A stretch of DNA of 64,000 bases, taken from an uncultured Mycoplasmatota bacterium (GTDB taxonomy: Bacteria; Bacillota_I; Bacilli_A; Izemoplasmatales; Izemoplasmataceae). The DNA lies in NCBI GenBank assembly GCA_913062645.1, contig CAJXVW010000002.1, positions 301,433 to 365,432 of the forward strand, read 5' to 3'. Every line of letters starts with the position of its first letter. Position 1 is the first letter of the stretch. Both the position numbers and the translations under genes were made by a program. Of the stretch, positions 19,134 through 28,236 are shown one piece after another. Below the pieces are notes generated by a model. It was not told where the DNA came from, searched no databases, and saw only the letters and a list, made by a program, of their open reading frames with translations.

Positions 19134-20859
19134 TATTAGCGACTATCCTTTCCAATGTACTTCTTAAAAAATCATCGCCAATCTGCTCAACACGCTTTAC
19201 ATCTTGCTCTGTATACTGATTGTTAATAATTCTTCTTATCAACTTCTCAGAATAAGCTCCTATAGTTGATTTAATGATTAAATTATCTACCGATATATCT
19301 CCTATGTGCTTGGCTATGGTCTTATTTGGATTGTTTCCAACATGTAAATGATCTAGATTACTTAAGTCAAGGATATTTGTTGATGGAATGTCAGAGATAA
19401 TATATGGTGAATGTGTTGAAATAATAAAATGGTAATTACACTTCACCCCTTGAAATATATTTGTGATGTCCTGAATGAGATTTCTAGATAACTCTGGATG
19501 AAGGGTTAAATCAGGTTCATCAATAAGAATATATATATCCTTAGCACCTACGCTACTATTGATATTGTCTTCAATAGCTATTTTGGATAGATCTAATAAA
19601 AGACTTGTGTAGTCCTCTTCTCCTTTTGATCCGCTAAAAAGATCTAGCGAGGTAAACATCCTTATCATCTCATTGTCGAACTCTTGATCAGAGAATGTAA
19701 CGCTTTCCTTAAAAAGATACCTGCGCGCAACGTCTTTGTCTTGAAGATTTTCAATCATATCTAAGAAATCATTATACTTATTCAGTACTCTTTCGTACAA
19801 AACATTAGAATCATCAAAAAGAACAATCGGTCCGTCACCTTTATCCTCAAACCTATTTATGCCTAAAGTACCGGCATAATTCAGTAATACTCTCAGATCT
19901 TCTTTTGCAATGTCAACACTAAATGAGTTTGTGTTATGAGACAAAACAGTAAGAATTTGACCCATGTCATTGATGAAGTCTTCGCCTGTTAATCTAGTAA
20001 TCAATCCTTGCTCTTCGAAAACATGTAGTCCACCAAAAAACTCCTTCACGATGTTAGTCATTAAAAATTCATACAAGTTGATATCTTTGTACTCTTTTTG
20101 ATTTAACATGGTATTAAACCCATAATACTCATCATATTCAATGTCGAAATTGAGCAAATAGTCTGATACTTCTTTTTCGAATTGCTTTTCCCTGTCAGCA
20201 TCTTTAGGGTATAGCTCATAACTCATTGGTTTGAATGATAAGCAAACAGCATCACTATCGAAGTTTCGAAGTTTCTCCTTTAAGAAAACCTTGTTCTGAA
20301 AAAAGAATATCAATCTCTCAAGTTGAGAGCTAATTCTTAATTTCTTTCTTCTAGTAAAATAGTATCCCCCATGAACTCGAGTATCTAAATCAATATTAGT
20401 GTAAATGGGTCCTCTATCTTTGGCTTGATCCATATCATATAAACGAACATAAGTTTCATATTCTTGCTTACTCCAAAAGGGTTTTGTAACAAATCCTCTG
20501 TCTTCCGAGTCATCTTTTCCATTGATAACTACATTTGGAGTTTTCTTATTTCCGGTATATCCTTCTAAATAGCACATTTCTCTATTATTTACGTAAACTA
20601 AAATATACTCATGTAAATATTTGAAGCTTAGCATCTCAAGAACTGTAGTCTTCCCGGCACCATTTATCCCTAATAGAGCTGTAAAATGGACATTATTGTC
20701 ATCTGTATGATAAAAGTCAAAGATACCAGTTTTCCTAGTGATGTTAATTATGAAATGATCTTCATCAATTTTACAATCTACATTATACTTCATGTCAAAC
20801 TGTATAAATTGATTATTGAAATTTCTTGCTTTAATTACATAAACCCCAATTAGTTTCAT
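19123..20859 (-). CDS. ABC/AAA_15-type ATPase, Septu PtuA-like
   Basis: Walker A LLGINGAGKTTVLE, Walker B IYILIDEPDLTLHP, and ISTHSPYI. No Toprim or nuclease domain seen. Overlaps the downstream HNH gene. Confidence 0.55.
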   Translation of the reverse strand: MKLIGVYVIKARNFNNQFIQFDMKYNVDCKIDEDHFIINITRKTGIFDFYHTDDNNVHFTALLGINGAGKTTVLEMLSFKYLHEYILVYVNNREMCYLEGYTGNKKTPNVVINGKDDSEDRGFVTKPFWSKQEYETYVRLYDMDQAKDRGPIYTNIDLDTRVHGGYYFTRRKKLRISSQLERLIFFFQNKVFLKEKLRNFDSDAVCLSFKPMSYELYPKDADREKQFEKEVSDYLLNFDIEYDEYYGFNTMLNQKEYKDINLYEFLMTNIVKEFFGGLHVFEEQGLITRLTGEDFINDMGQILTVLSHNTNSFSVDIAKEDLRVLLNYAGTLGINRFEDKGDGPIVLFDDSNVLYERVLNKYNDFLDMIENLQDKDVARRYLFKESVTFSDQEFDNEMIRMFTSLDLFSGSKGEEDYTSLLLDLSKIAIEDNINSSVGAKDIYILIDEPDLTLHPELSRNLIQDITNIFQGVKCNYHFIISTHSPYIISDIPSTNILDLSNLDHLHVGNNPNKTIAKHIGDISVDNLIIKSTIGAYSEKLIRRIINNQYTEQDVKRVEQIGDDFLRSTLERIVANNDR

Positions 20860-21140
20860 TATAAATCCCTTCCTCTCAAATTTCGTATCATATATATCCG
20901 TTAGCTTGAATTATCTAAACATTTGACTCAATATAGTCTGTCAAACTAATTTCAATATGTTTCACAACTATATTATATCACGAATCTCTATAAAAATGCG
21001 TTATATCTAGCACAACAGGAGATGCCGTAAAAACAGTCGTTATCATCTTGATAGTTTCTATAGCTTAGTCCTAATCGATGTTGAATGGTATGTGAACATG
21101 ACCAGTCTGATTACATTAAATGTCGCCTGCCAGGCGACCA

Positions 21141-21194
21141 GATCACTCCTTCGTTGTGGCATACTATAGTCATAAACCAAACGAAGGAGTGATT
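21141..21194 (+). promoter_or_regulatory. SD-sequestering hairpin in the leader of the vWA gene
   Basis: CACTCCTTCGTT (21144-21155) pairs perfectly with AACGAAGGAGTG (21180-21191), which contains the AAGGAG SD of ATG 21198. Confidence 0.4.
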
Positions 21195-21197
21195 TTC

Positions 21198-21842
21198 ATG
21201 AAACAAGATTTGACGGAAATGGTATTCATCCTGGATCGCAGCGGATCGATGGCCGGGTTGGAAAAGGATACCATTGGCGGATTCAACTCGATGATCGACA
21301 AACAGAAAGACCTCGACGGTGATGCGATTGTCTCGACGGTCCTCTTCGACAACCACTTCGAGGTCATCCACAACCGCGTGAATCTCAAAGACATCTCGCA
21401 CCTGACACACAAAGACTACTACGTACGTGGTTCTACTGCTTTATTGGACGCAATCGGGCGATCGATTCGAAAGATCCGTACGATCTACGCGGAAACCTTG
21501 CGTGAAGATCGTCCGGACAAGGTGATGTTCGTCATCACCACCGACGGCATGGAAAACGCCAGTCGCCAGTTCTCCTATCATGACATCCAGCACATGATAC
21601 AGGATGTCAAAGAGAAATACGGCTGGGAGTTCCTATTCTTAGGCGCCAACATCGACGCCGTCGGCGAAGCTCGTCGCTTCGGCATCGATGCCGACCGCGC
21701 CGTTCGGTACCACGCCGACAAGGTCGGCACCCAAGTCAACTACGAGGCAATCAACGATGCAGTGTCTTCCTATCGAATGAACAAGGCGATCTCGAAGGAA
21801 TGGAAACAAAAGGTCGAGGACGATTTTGAGAAGCGCAAGTAA
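21198..21842 (+). CDS. von Willebrand factor A (vWA) domain protein
   Basis: MIDAS motif VFILDRSGSM, plus GSTALLDAIG and ITTDGMENAS. Start moved to ATG 21198, behind AAGGAG. Confidence 0.75.
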   Translation: MKQDLTEMVFILDRSGSMAGLEKDTIGGFNSMIDKQKDLDGDAIVSTVLFDNHFEVIHNRVNLKDISHLTHKDYYVRGSTALLDAIGRSIRKIRTIYAETLREDRPDKVMFVITTDGMENASRQFSYHDIQHMIQDVKEKYGWEFLFLGANIDAVGEARRFGIDADRAVRYHADKVGTQVNYEAINDAVSSYRMNKAISKEWKQKVEDDFEKRK

Positions 21843-22148
21843 GTTCCGATCCATCACGAATTGAAATGGACTTAAAAACCGGACAGATTTGCCGTATTCT
21901 CACAAAACTCAGTATGATATGACCTTATGTGAACGTAGGGGATGACCGTACTACCGCCATCGCATGGCGGGGCAACGTGGTTGCCAGCGGATTCATGCGA
22001 AGGGGAAAACAGTTCGTCCAACACGAACTGTTTTTTCATTCCCCAGACACGACAAGACAAGCGATAGAACATGTCTCCCTCTTGATTGATTTTTGCCTTC
22101 GCTTGTCTTGTTGCATTTGAATGCTCGGCCCAACTACCACACAAAAGG

Positions 22149-22409
22149 ATGATGAACATGACGAAAACATCCCATGCATTGATATTGATCATCGTCACGG
22201 TTTACGTACTTTGCACTATGGTTCTATGGCTGTCGCCGATCGCAGTAAGGATCGATCCCATGGCCCGGATCATGACCATCGGTTTCTTCGGCGTGTGCGT
22301 GTTAGTTGTAACTTTGAGTTTCTATTTACTCAAAGGCCCGGAACACCCTTTCAGTTTCTCCGATCTATATGATTCGAATATATCAAAACGAAAGAGGAGG
22401 GGATCCTGA
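22149..22409 (+). CDS. Small two-TM membrane protein
   Basis: Two hydrophobic helices (ALILIIVTVYVLCTMVLWL and IMTIGFFGVCVLVVTLSFYLL). The start is uncertain. Confidence 0.35.
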   Translation: MMNMTKTSHALILIIVTVYVLCTMVLWLSPIAVRIDPMARIMTIGFFGVCVLVVTLSFYLLKGPEHPFSFSDLYDSNISKRKRRGS

Positions 22410-22605
22410 ACAGAGCAATCAATGCTCATTATGCAACACAGCGCTTTTGCATAAATGCATATTTACTAAGGATTATCTACGTTATCTAACCAATCTGATA
22501 AAATGACAACCCAGTCACGACATAATGGATATCTTATCAAATCAAGAGCCATATTCAAGTTATATGTGTTTTTTATATATTTTATTATATCTATTTTACT
22601 AATAT

Positions 22606-22635
22606 TTGACTAATATGCTCTCCTTATGTTACCAT
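22606..22635 (+). promoter_or_regulatory. Promoter of GHKL cassette 2
   Basis: TTGACT, 18-nt spacer, extended -10 TGTTACCAT; AAGGAG SD at 22642-22647. Confidence 0.45.
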
Positions 22636-22656
22636 TAAATCAAGGAGTGATTTTAT

Positions 22657-22878
22657 ATGTCAAAAAAGCATGATAAATTCATTGATTTGGCCGAAAAGAG
22701 AGTCAATAATGCAATAAAGCAAATCCAATTAGTAGGAAACCTCTCAAACACATCATATTATGAATATGAGGATACAGAAGTCGATAAGATTTTTCGCACG
22801 CTCAAGAACGAGTTGAAAATCGCTCAAGATCGTTTTGCTAGTCGGCATCGCGAAGAGCCGAAGTTTAAGTTGAAGTAA
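22657..22878 (+). CDS. Small basic protein, copy 2 of the duplicated ~72-aa family
   Basis: 73 aa, homologous to 12124..12339 (see that entry). First gene of the cassette. Confidence 0.6.
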   Translation: MSKKHDKFIDLAEKRVNNAIKQIQLVGNLSNTSYYEYEDTEVDKIFRTLKNELKIAQDRFASRHREEPKFKLK

Positions 22879-22887
22879 TCTGTAACA

Positions 22888-24042
22888 ATGAGTAAACTAC
22901 ATCCATTCGTTAAGTGGCCAGGTGGTAAGTCATCAGAGTTAAAGGTTGTTTTACCAAACTTGCCAAACAATTTCAAAAGATTTTTTGAACCCTTTGTTGG
23001 AAGTGGCGCGGTCCTCTTTGCGCTATCAAATCAAGACTCTATCAAAAGCTTCGTGATCAACGATTTTTCCGAAGAACTATGTATGTTATACAAGTATGTA
23101 CAAGAATCAAACCAGCTTTTTCATAAATCTTTGATACTCCTAAGAGAGAACTGGTTGCAACTTGAAGCGGTTGTTGAAGCCCACAGTAATGAACTGCTAA
23201 ATTACTATTGTTCGTTCAAGCGCAACGGTGGTGATGAAGAGAAGCTCAACAACTCTTTTGAGTGCTTTCTTTACCAGCACGCTGCAGACTTCGGTGGAAT
23301 GTTATTAGACGATGAAAATCCCCATATCGAAAACCTCCGAAACGAGCTGTTAAAAACAATACGTAGAAAGTTCAAGCGAATGAGGCAGCTTGAAATGGAA
23401 TCTGGTTCATTCGATGAAACCATGTACATACCAAACATAGAAACAGTATTTAAGTCGGCATATTACACACATATTCGTCATCTATATAATAACCAAGAGA
23501 ACTTCAGTATTTCGCTAGAACGGCATATAGCTCATTTCTACTTTATCCGAGAGTACTGCTACTCCTCGATGTTTCGGTTTAACACTTCAGGTGGTTTCAA
23601 CGTGCCCTATGGAGGGATGAACTATAATCGAAAAGATTTCACGAAAAAGATTGATTACTTGAAAAGCATGGAACTGCTGCAGTTTCTGAAACAAGTTGAA
23701 ATATACAATCTCGATTTCGAAGAATTTTTAGGAGATTTCCAGATGGATGAATACGACTTCATATTTCTTGATCCTCCATATGATAGTGAATTTAACGAGT
23801 ACGATAGAAACTCGTTCAATCGAAAGGACCAAACCAGATTACGAGATTACCTGAAACAAACAAAAGCCAAATTTCTTTTAATCATCAAAAACACGGATTT
23901 TATTGATCAACTATACTCTAATCAAGGCTTTTACATCACTGGTTTTGATAAACGATATACGGTGAGTTTCATGAATCGGAACGAGCAAGATGTTGAGCAT
24001 TTGATTATAACAAACTACAAACTGCGAGGTGAAAAAGCATGA
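22888..24042 (+). CDS. Dam-family (D12 class) N6-adenine DNA methyltransferase with a long insertion
   Basis: FVKWPGGKS, FEPFVGSGAVLF (motif I) and FLDPPYDSEF (motif IV). At 384 aa it is clearly longer than classical Dam as I remember it. Confidence 0.8.
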   Translation: MSKLHPFVKWPGGKSSELKVVLPNLPNNFKRFFEPFVGSGAVLFALSNQDSIKSFVINDFSEELCMLYKYVQESNQLFHKSLILLRENWLQLEAVVEAHSNELLNYYCSFKRNGGDEEKLNNSFECFLYQHAADFGGMLLDDENPHIENLRNELLKTIRRKFKRMRQLEMESGSFDETMYIPNIETVFKSAYYTHIRHLYNNQENFSISLERHIAHFYFIREYCYSSMFRFNTSGGFNVPYGGMNYNRKDFTKKIDYLKSMELLQFLKQVEIYNLDFEEFLGDFQMDEYDFIFLDPPYDSEFNEYDRNSFNRKDQTRLRDYLKQTKAKFLLIIKNTDFIDQLYSNQGFYITGFDKRYTVSFMNRNEQDVEHLIITNYKLRGEKA

Positions 24043-24398
24043 AAAAACCACTATCTGAAAATGAAATTGCGAAAAAGGCAATTATTTTGGTTGGACTGGA
24101 TCCAAACATCAACACTTCAGAGCTCATTGAAAAGCTGGAGACGGTGTTTTATCCTCTTCATCCCCAGGATCAAGCAATACTCCAAGGCCGACGTGACAGT
24201 CATTTTTCGCAAAAGGTTCGGAATCTGAACTCCCATTACGATACCAATTTTTTCGGTAAACATGTGGACAAATCCGGCACCAGAGATAACGCCACAACTT
24301 GGATACTGAACCAGAGAGGTCGTAAGTTGTTCGAATCACTAATGACCCAATTGATCAAGAACAGTGGTGACATACTTGATAAAATCATTGAGAACTGA
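24039..24398 (+). CDS. Small protein, possibly winged-helix
   Basis: 119 aa. The ATG overlaps the methylase stop (ATGA). RRDSHFSQKVRNLNSH ... WILNQRGRKL resembles wHTH recognition segments; this is weak evidence. Confidence 0.4.
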   Translation: MKKPLSENEIAKKAIILVGLDPNINTSELIEKLETVFYPLHPQDQAILQGRRDSHFSQKVRNLNSHYDTNFFGKHVDKSGTRDNATTWILNQRGRKLFESLMTQLIKNSGDILDKIIEN

Positions 24399-24421
24399 AA
24401 CCTAAAAAGGAAGGTGATGCT

Positions 24422-26311
24422 ATGAAATGGAGATTCCCAGAGAATGCAACTGGTAGTGTCAAAGGGTTAAACGACCAGGTTGAGACCTTTATGAAAAATC
24501 CCTTGGGGTCGCTCGCAAAAGAAATTTGTCAGAACTCTCTTGATGAAATTCAAGACCTAGAGCAACCCGTTGAGATTCATTTTCAAACGTTTGACATGCC
24601 AACAAAAGACTACTTGGAGGGTATTCCCGAAACCCTTCAACAAGAGTTCAAATATTGGGATCAAAGACAAGAACACGACAAAAAAGTTCCCAATTTTTAT
24701 CAGCATGCACTCGATCTGATTTCCAAAGAAACGGTTCGATGCCTAAGAATAAGTGATTTCAACACCACGGGCCTCACTGGAAGCAAAGAAACCGATACAG
24801 GAAAATGGAATCATCTAATCAAGTCCACTGGTGTGTCTGATAAAAAGGGTGGACAGCTCGGAAGTTTTGGTCTCGGTAAGTTCGCTCCATTCGCTAACTC
24901 GAGTTTCAGAATGGTATTCTACAGCACCAAAGACACAGAGGGTTTAGAGGCCACACAAGGTGTCGCTCGATTGTCCAGTTTCCGTGAGGACTCGGGCCGT
25001 CTTCGCGATGGTTTGGGTTATTATTGTGCCGATGAGGATTATTCGGCAATCAATAAGTGGCTATCGCTCGATTCAGAATACACAAGAACCAGCGCTGGAA
25101 CCGATGTATTCATTGTCGCATTTAATGGAGGCGAAGATTGGATTGATCAATTGATCCAATCACTCTTGGACAACTTCATTTTTTCGTTTTTATGGAACAA
25201 GCTCATCGTTTCAATCAATGGCAAGCTTATCAATAATAGCAACATTCATACGATAATCGATGAGGCGAAATCAAAAGAAAAAATCGACCCCCTGACCTGT
25301 GATTATTATGAGTCGCTTATGGGGGCTGACAAACACCATTTCATGAAAACCATCTTCCAAAAAAATGATGTTGAACTGGTCATGAAACTAAAGAAAGGTC
25401 TAGGTCGAAAAGTCGCAATTGTAAGAAATAACGGAATGAAGATATTCGACAAGGATCGAATTTCGGCAAGGGCGCAATTCGCTGGAGTATTGACCTTGAG
25501 TGGTGAAAAAGTTAACTCCTATTTCAAACGCCTGGAAGATCCCACACATAGCGCCTGGGATCTAAGCAGAGCCCCAAATCCGAAAGATGCCGAAAACAAG
25601 CAAAAGCAAATATATGGTTTCATCAACCAGTGCTTCAACTCACTAATTGACAAAGAGCGGCCGGATACGATGGACGCCATAGGAGCAGGTGAATTTCTGC
25701 CTGATTTCGGAGACTTGAATAGCGACAAACAACCCGCTGAGAGTCTCACAGATCGAATCATCAAGGACCTAGAAGTCAAACGATCCAAACCTAGAAATCC
25801 AAACCGCGCGGACACCCAAGAAGACAATGATGATGGGACCAATATCGACACTGGAGAGCTCGGTTCGGCTGATCCAGACGGCAACGTATTGGTAGACAAA
25901 CCCGGTGATTTGGGTACTGGCGGATCGGGAACGCATGATATTGGCAGTGATACTGAAAAGGGATCCAAAGATGATGATGGGGATAGGCACGTTCTTGAAA
26001 AATCAAAGATTCATGACATTGATGTGAAATTCCGTGTAGTTCGTTTTGGGAGCGGTTTGCGAATCAATATTATACCAAAATTCGATATATCTGTTGGTGA
26101 ACTCGAGTTGTTCTCATCTGGCGAAAACGTGAAGGATCCGATCAACGTTCTTTCTGCTAAATCTGATAAGTCCAAACTGAAAGTTCTCAAGCAAAACGGC
26201 GTTGAGGTAACAAATCTTAAGCGGGATGTCGCGAACTTTGTATATGTCGAACTAGAGCGTGAATTTGGATATGCAGTGGAGGTTAGCCTATATGAAATTA
26301 AACAAAAATAG
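24422..26311 (+). CDS. GHKL (Bergerat-fold) ATPase-like protein, 629 aa, with an acidic low-complexity region
   Basis: AKEICQNSLDE (N-box), ISDFNTTGLTG (G1) and GGQLGSFGLGKF (G2). A D/G-rich segment lies around nt 25800-25990. Confidence 0.5.
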   Translation: MKWRFPENATGSVKGLNDQVETFMKNPLGSLAKEICQNSLDEIQDLEQPVEIHFQTFDMPTKDYLEGIPETLQQEFKYWDQRQEHDKKVPNFYQHALDLISKETVRCLRISDFNTTGLTGSKETDTGKWNHLIKSTGVSDKKGGQLGSFGLGKFAPFANSSFRMVFYSTKDTEGLEATQGVARLSSFREDSGRLRDGLGYYCADEDYSAINKWLSLDSEYTRTSAGTDVFIVAFNGGEDWIDQLIQSLLDNFIFSFLWNKLIVSINGKLINNSNIHTIIDEAKSKEKIDPLTCDYYESLMGADKHHFMKTIFQKNDVELVMKLKKGLGRKVAIVRNNGMKIFDKDRISARAQFAGVLTLSGEKVNSYFKRLEDPTHSAWDLSRAPNPKDAENKQKQIYGFINQCFNSLIDKERPDTMDAIGAGEFLPDFGDLNSDKQPAESLTDRIIKDLEVKRSKPRNPNRADTQEDNDDGTNIDTGELGSADPDGNVLVDKPGDLGTGGSGTHDIGSDTEKGSKDDDGDRHVLEKSKIHDIDVKFRVVRFGSGLRINIIPKFDISVGELELFSSGENVKDPINVLSAKSDKSKLKVLKQNGVEVTNLKRDVANFVYVELEREFGYAVEVSLYEIKQK

Positions 26312-27158
26312 ACTCTACCTATATCCGGTTCTGCACGAACTGAGAGATGACTATTTGGAAGACTCAAAGTTTTCTGTGGTTATTGAAGCAAAACAGCGTA
26401 CCACGAGTGTCGATTTGAGCGTGACATTTACGGTAAACGATAACCTGATTGAACAATATATAAGGGAAGAGAAATTCTTGCAGATCGTTCACGTCGAATG
26501 TCCGAAAACCAAGTTGAGGACTATACACCGAATCAAGAGTGACGAGATAAAAATCGATGTCAGTATACCTTCTGGTTTGCTTAATGGTGTAGTTGAAATT
26601 TCACCAATGATTATCTCCAACTATACCGGCCCTTACTACAATCCGAACTTCTCAGATGATTACAATGGTTTGGATATAGAATTGTCAATAGGCAATATTG
26701 TGGCATATGATGATACGCGGTACTTCTATGTTGAGAAAGATCGCATGGAATACGTTGACGTTGAATCGGTGTTCGTCTTGAACCGGACAAAAAACAATCA
26801 CATGATAATTGATGTAACCAGTGGTGATAAAATTGTTGTCGACCTTCCAAATGAAATCTATGCAAGTTATTTTGCCTTGGATGATGAAATCAATCGAACC
26901 ATCTCTTTGCAGATGATCATTTATCCCGCAGTTATCAAAGCGCTTGAAATGCTTGCAAATGAAGAGACCCGTTCACATGTCAAACATAAAAAGTGGTATC
27001 TCACCTTCAAAAATCAGCTGGCCAAGTACGATTATGACATCGATTCTAACTCATTGTCCGACATGGACGAGAAGTACGTTGCGGCACAAAAATTGCTCGA
27101 AGATCCTCTTCTTAGATCATACATTGAACTTACCAAGCTCCAGGAGGGATTATCATGA
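26292..27158 (+). CDS. Hypothetical protein (288 aa), cassette 2
   Basis: ATG 26292 lies behind GGAGG and overlaps the GHKL stop by 20 nt. I recognise no motifs. Confidence 0.45.
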   Translation: MKLNKNRLYLYPVLHELRDDYLEDSKFSVVIEAKQRTTSVDLSVTFTVNDNLIEQYIREEKFLQIVHVECPKTKLRTIHRIKSDEIKIDVSIPSGLLNGVVEISPMIISNYTGPYYNPNFSDDYNGLDIELSIGNIVAYDDTRYFYVEKDRMEYVDVESVFVLNRTKNNHMIIDVTSGDKIVVDLPNEIYASYFALDDEINRTISLQMIIYPAVIKALEMLANEETRSHVKHKKWYLTFKNQLAKYDYDIDSNSLSDMDEKYVAAQKLLEDPLLRSYIELTKLQEGLS

Positions 27159-27907
27159 GACTCAAGATATTCCGAGAAGATCCTTTGATTATTTTCAGGC
27201 GGAAGTCTCAAATAAAAGAAAACATTCAATTCTACTCTGAAACGGACAATGATTGGCAACAAATGATGATCGATCAGCCCTTGTTCCAAGAGTTCGGCAA
27301 GCAACTGCAGCCGATTGAACTCGACATGAGTTTTTCCGAACCGAACAAGTCCGATGTCGTCAACGCAAAGATCATTTATGAGGCATTGAGCTTTCTGAGT
27401 GACAGCCAAGCATCGGAGGAACGACTTTGGGCCGCATTGTGTCATGATATGTTTTGGGATTACATGCAGTATCGATGGCCCCTTTCTTTGACCAAGCGTT
27501 CAGAGGTAAACTATGTTTTGGCACATTATTTCTTCTCCGAACCGTCTAGAGGTCGTTATTTCAATGGCATTTCGAGATTGTGGTGGTTTGCTAGGAGCAC
27601 ATATGATCGAACCAGAGAGAACCCCTACGAAGTATTGGAATATTTCGGCGGCGACCTTAGTGGTAAATTGTATCCTCTACTTGCCGGTCATAATTACTCA
27701 AGCAACCCCATTATCATGCGGCAGTTCATGGATGGTCTGTTCGAATATGAGAAGTCACTTGGTGAGCAGGTAGGAAGAAAACAATTTAGCTACCTTACGA
27801 AAAGGTTGGACCTGTATTCAGGCGGAGTGCAACCAGATCTGTTGGCTGAACAAGGATTACTCAAAGACATCGTGATTGAAATCCTGCATGAGTTCGAATC
27901 CCGATAA
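27155..27907 (+). CDS. Hypothetical protein (250 aa), last gene of cassette 2
   Basis: ATGA start/stop overlap with the preceding gene. Trp/aromatic-rich (ERLWAALCHDMFWDYMQYRW) with no catalytic motif recognised. Confidence 0.45.
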   Translation: MRLKIFREDPLIIFRRKSQIKENIQFYSETDNDWQQMMIDQPLFQEFGKQLQPIELDMSFSEPNKSDVVNAKIIYEALSFLSDSQASEERLWAALCHDMFWDYMQYRWPLSLTKRSEVNYVLAHYFFSEPSRGRYFNGISRLWWFARSTYDRTRENPYEVLEYFGGDLSGKLYPLLAGHNYSSNPIIMRQFMDGLFEYEKSLGEQVGRKQFSYLTKRLDLYSGGVQPDLLAEQGLLKDIVIEILHEFESR

Positions 27908-28089
27908 ATCTCCGTCTGTTAGCTTGTTCGTTTCGATTTGACAACATCTGCACACAGACGAGCTATCCCTATGTTAATAATGCAGACTGGAGTAATTAAA
28001 TTATTTCCAAAGATCTCAGTTTGACATTTTCTAGCAGACTAAGTTATGTTATTATATTAATAGAATTGCGGTTATGTAAGGAGAAAAAA

Positions 28090-28170
28090 ATGCTGAGATT
28101 CGGGTCGAACGAAATCATTTTGATACTCAATTTAATCGTACGTGCAAATCATCTTGAGGATAGGTACTGA
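28090..28170 (+). CDS. Possible 26-aa leader ORF upstream of the giant gene
   Basis: TAAGGAGA SD 7 nt before the ATG. Sequence MLRFGSNEIILILNLIVRANHLEDRY. TTGACA at 28021-28026 lies upstream. Confidence 0.2.
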   Translation: MLRFGSNEIILILNLIVRANHLEDRY

Positions 28171-28236
28171 AACATGCAATCTTTTTGTTTGCATGTTTTT
28201 GTTTGATCACGGGTGTAATGGGAGGATGACAAGAAC

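Noticed and set aside
21872-22198. 108-aa minus-strand ORF
   Set aside because: It has no SD and an implausible composition. It overlaps a + strand terminator hairpin (about 22007-22037) and the more plausible + strand membrane ORF.
12360-26311. Calling the two GHKL proteins MutL, Hsp90, histidine kinases or topoisomerase VI-B
   Set aside because: I saw no MutL transducer or endonuclease motifs, no HisKA/H-box, and no Toprim partner. Only the generic Bergerat-fold motifs are visible, so the call stays at GHKL-like.
25519-26367. Antisense ORFs within the GHKL gene tail (25519..25968, 25769..25990, 25791..26006, 26011..26367)
   Set aside because: They mirror the acidic low-complexity coding region and have no initiation signals.
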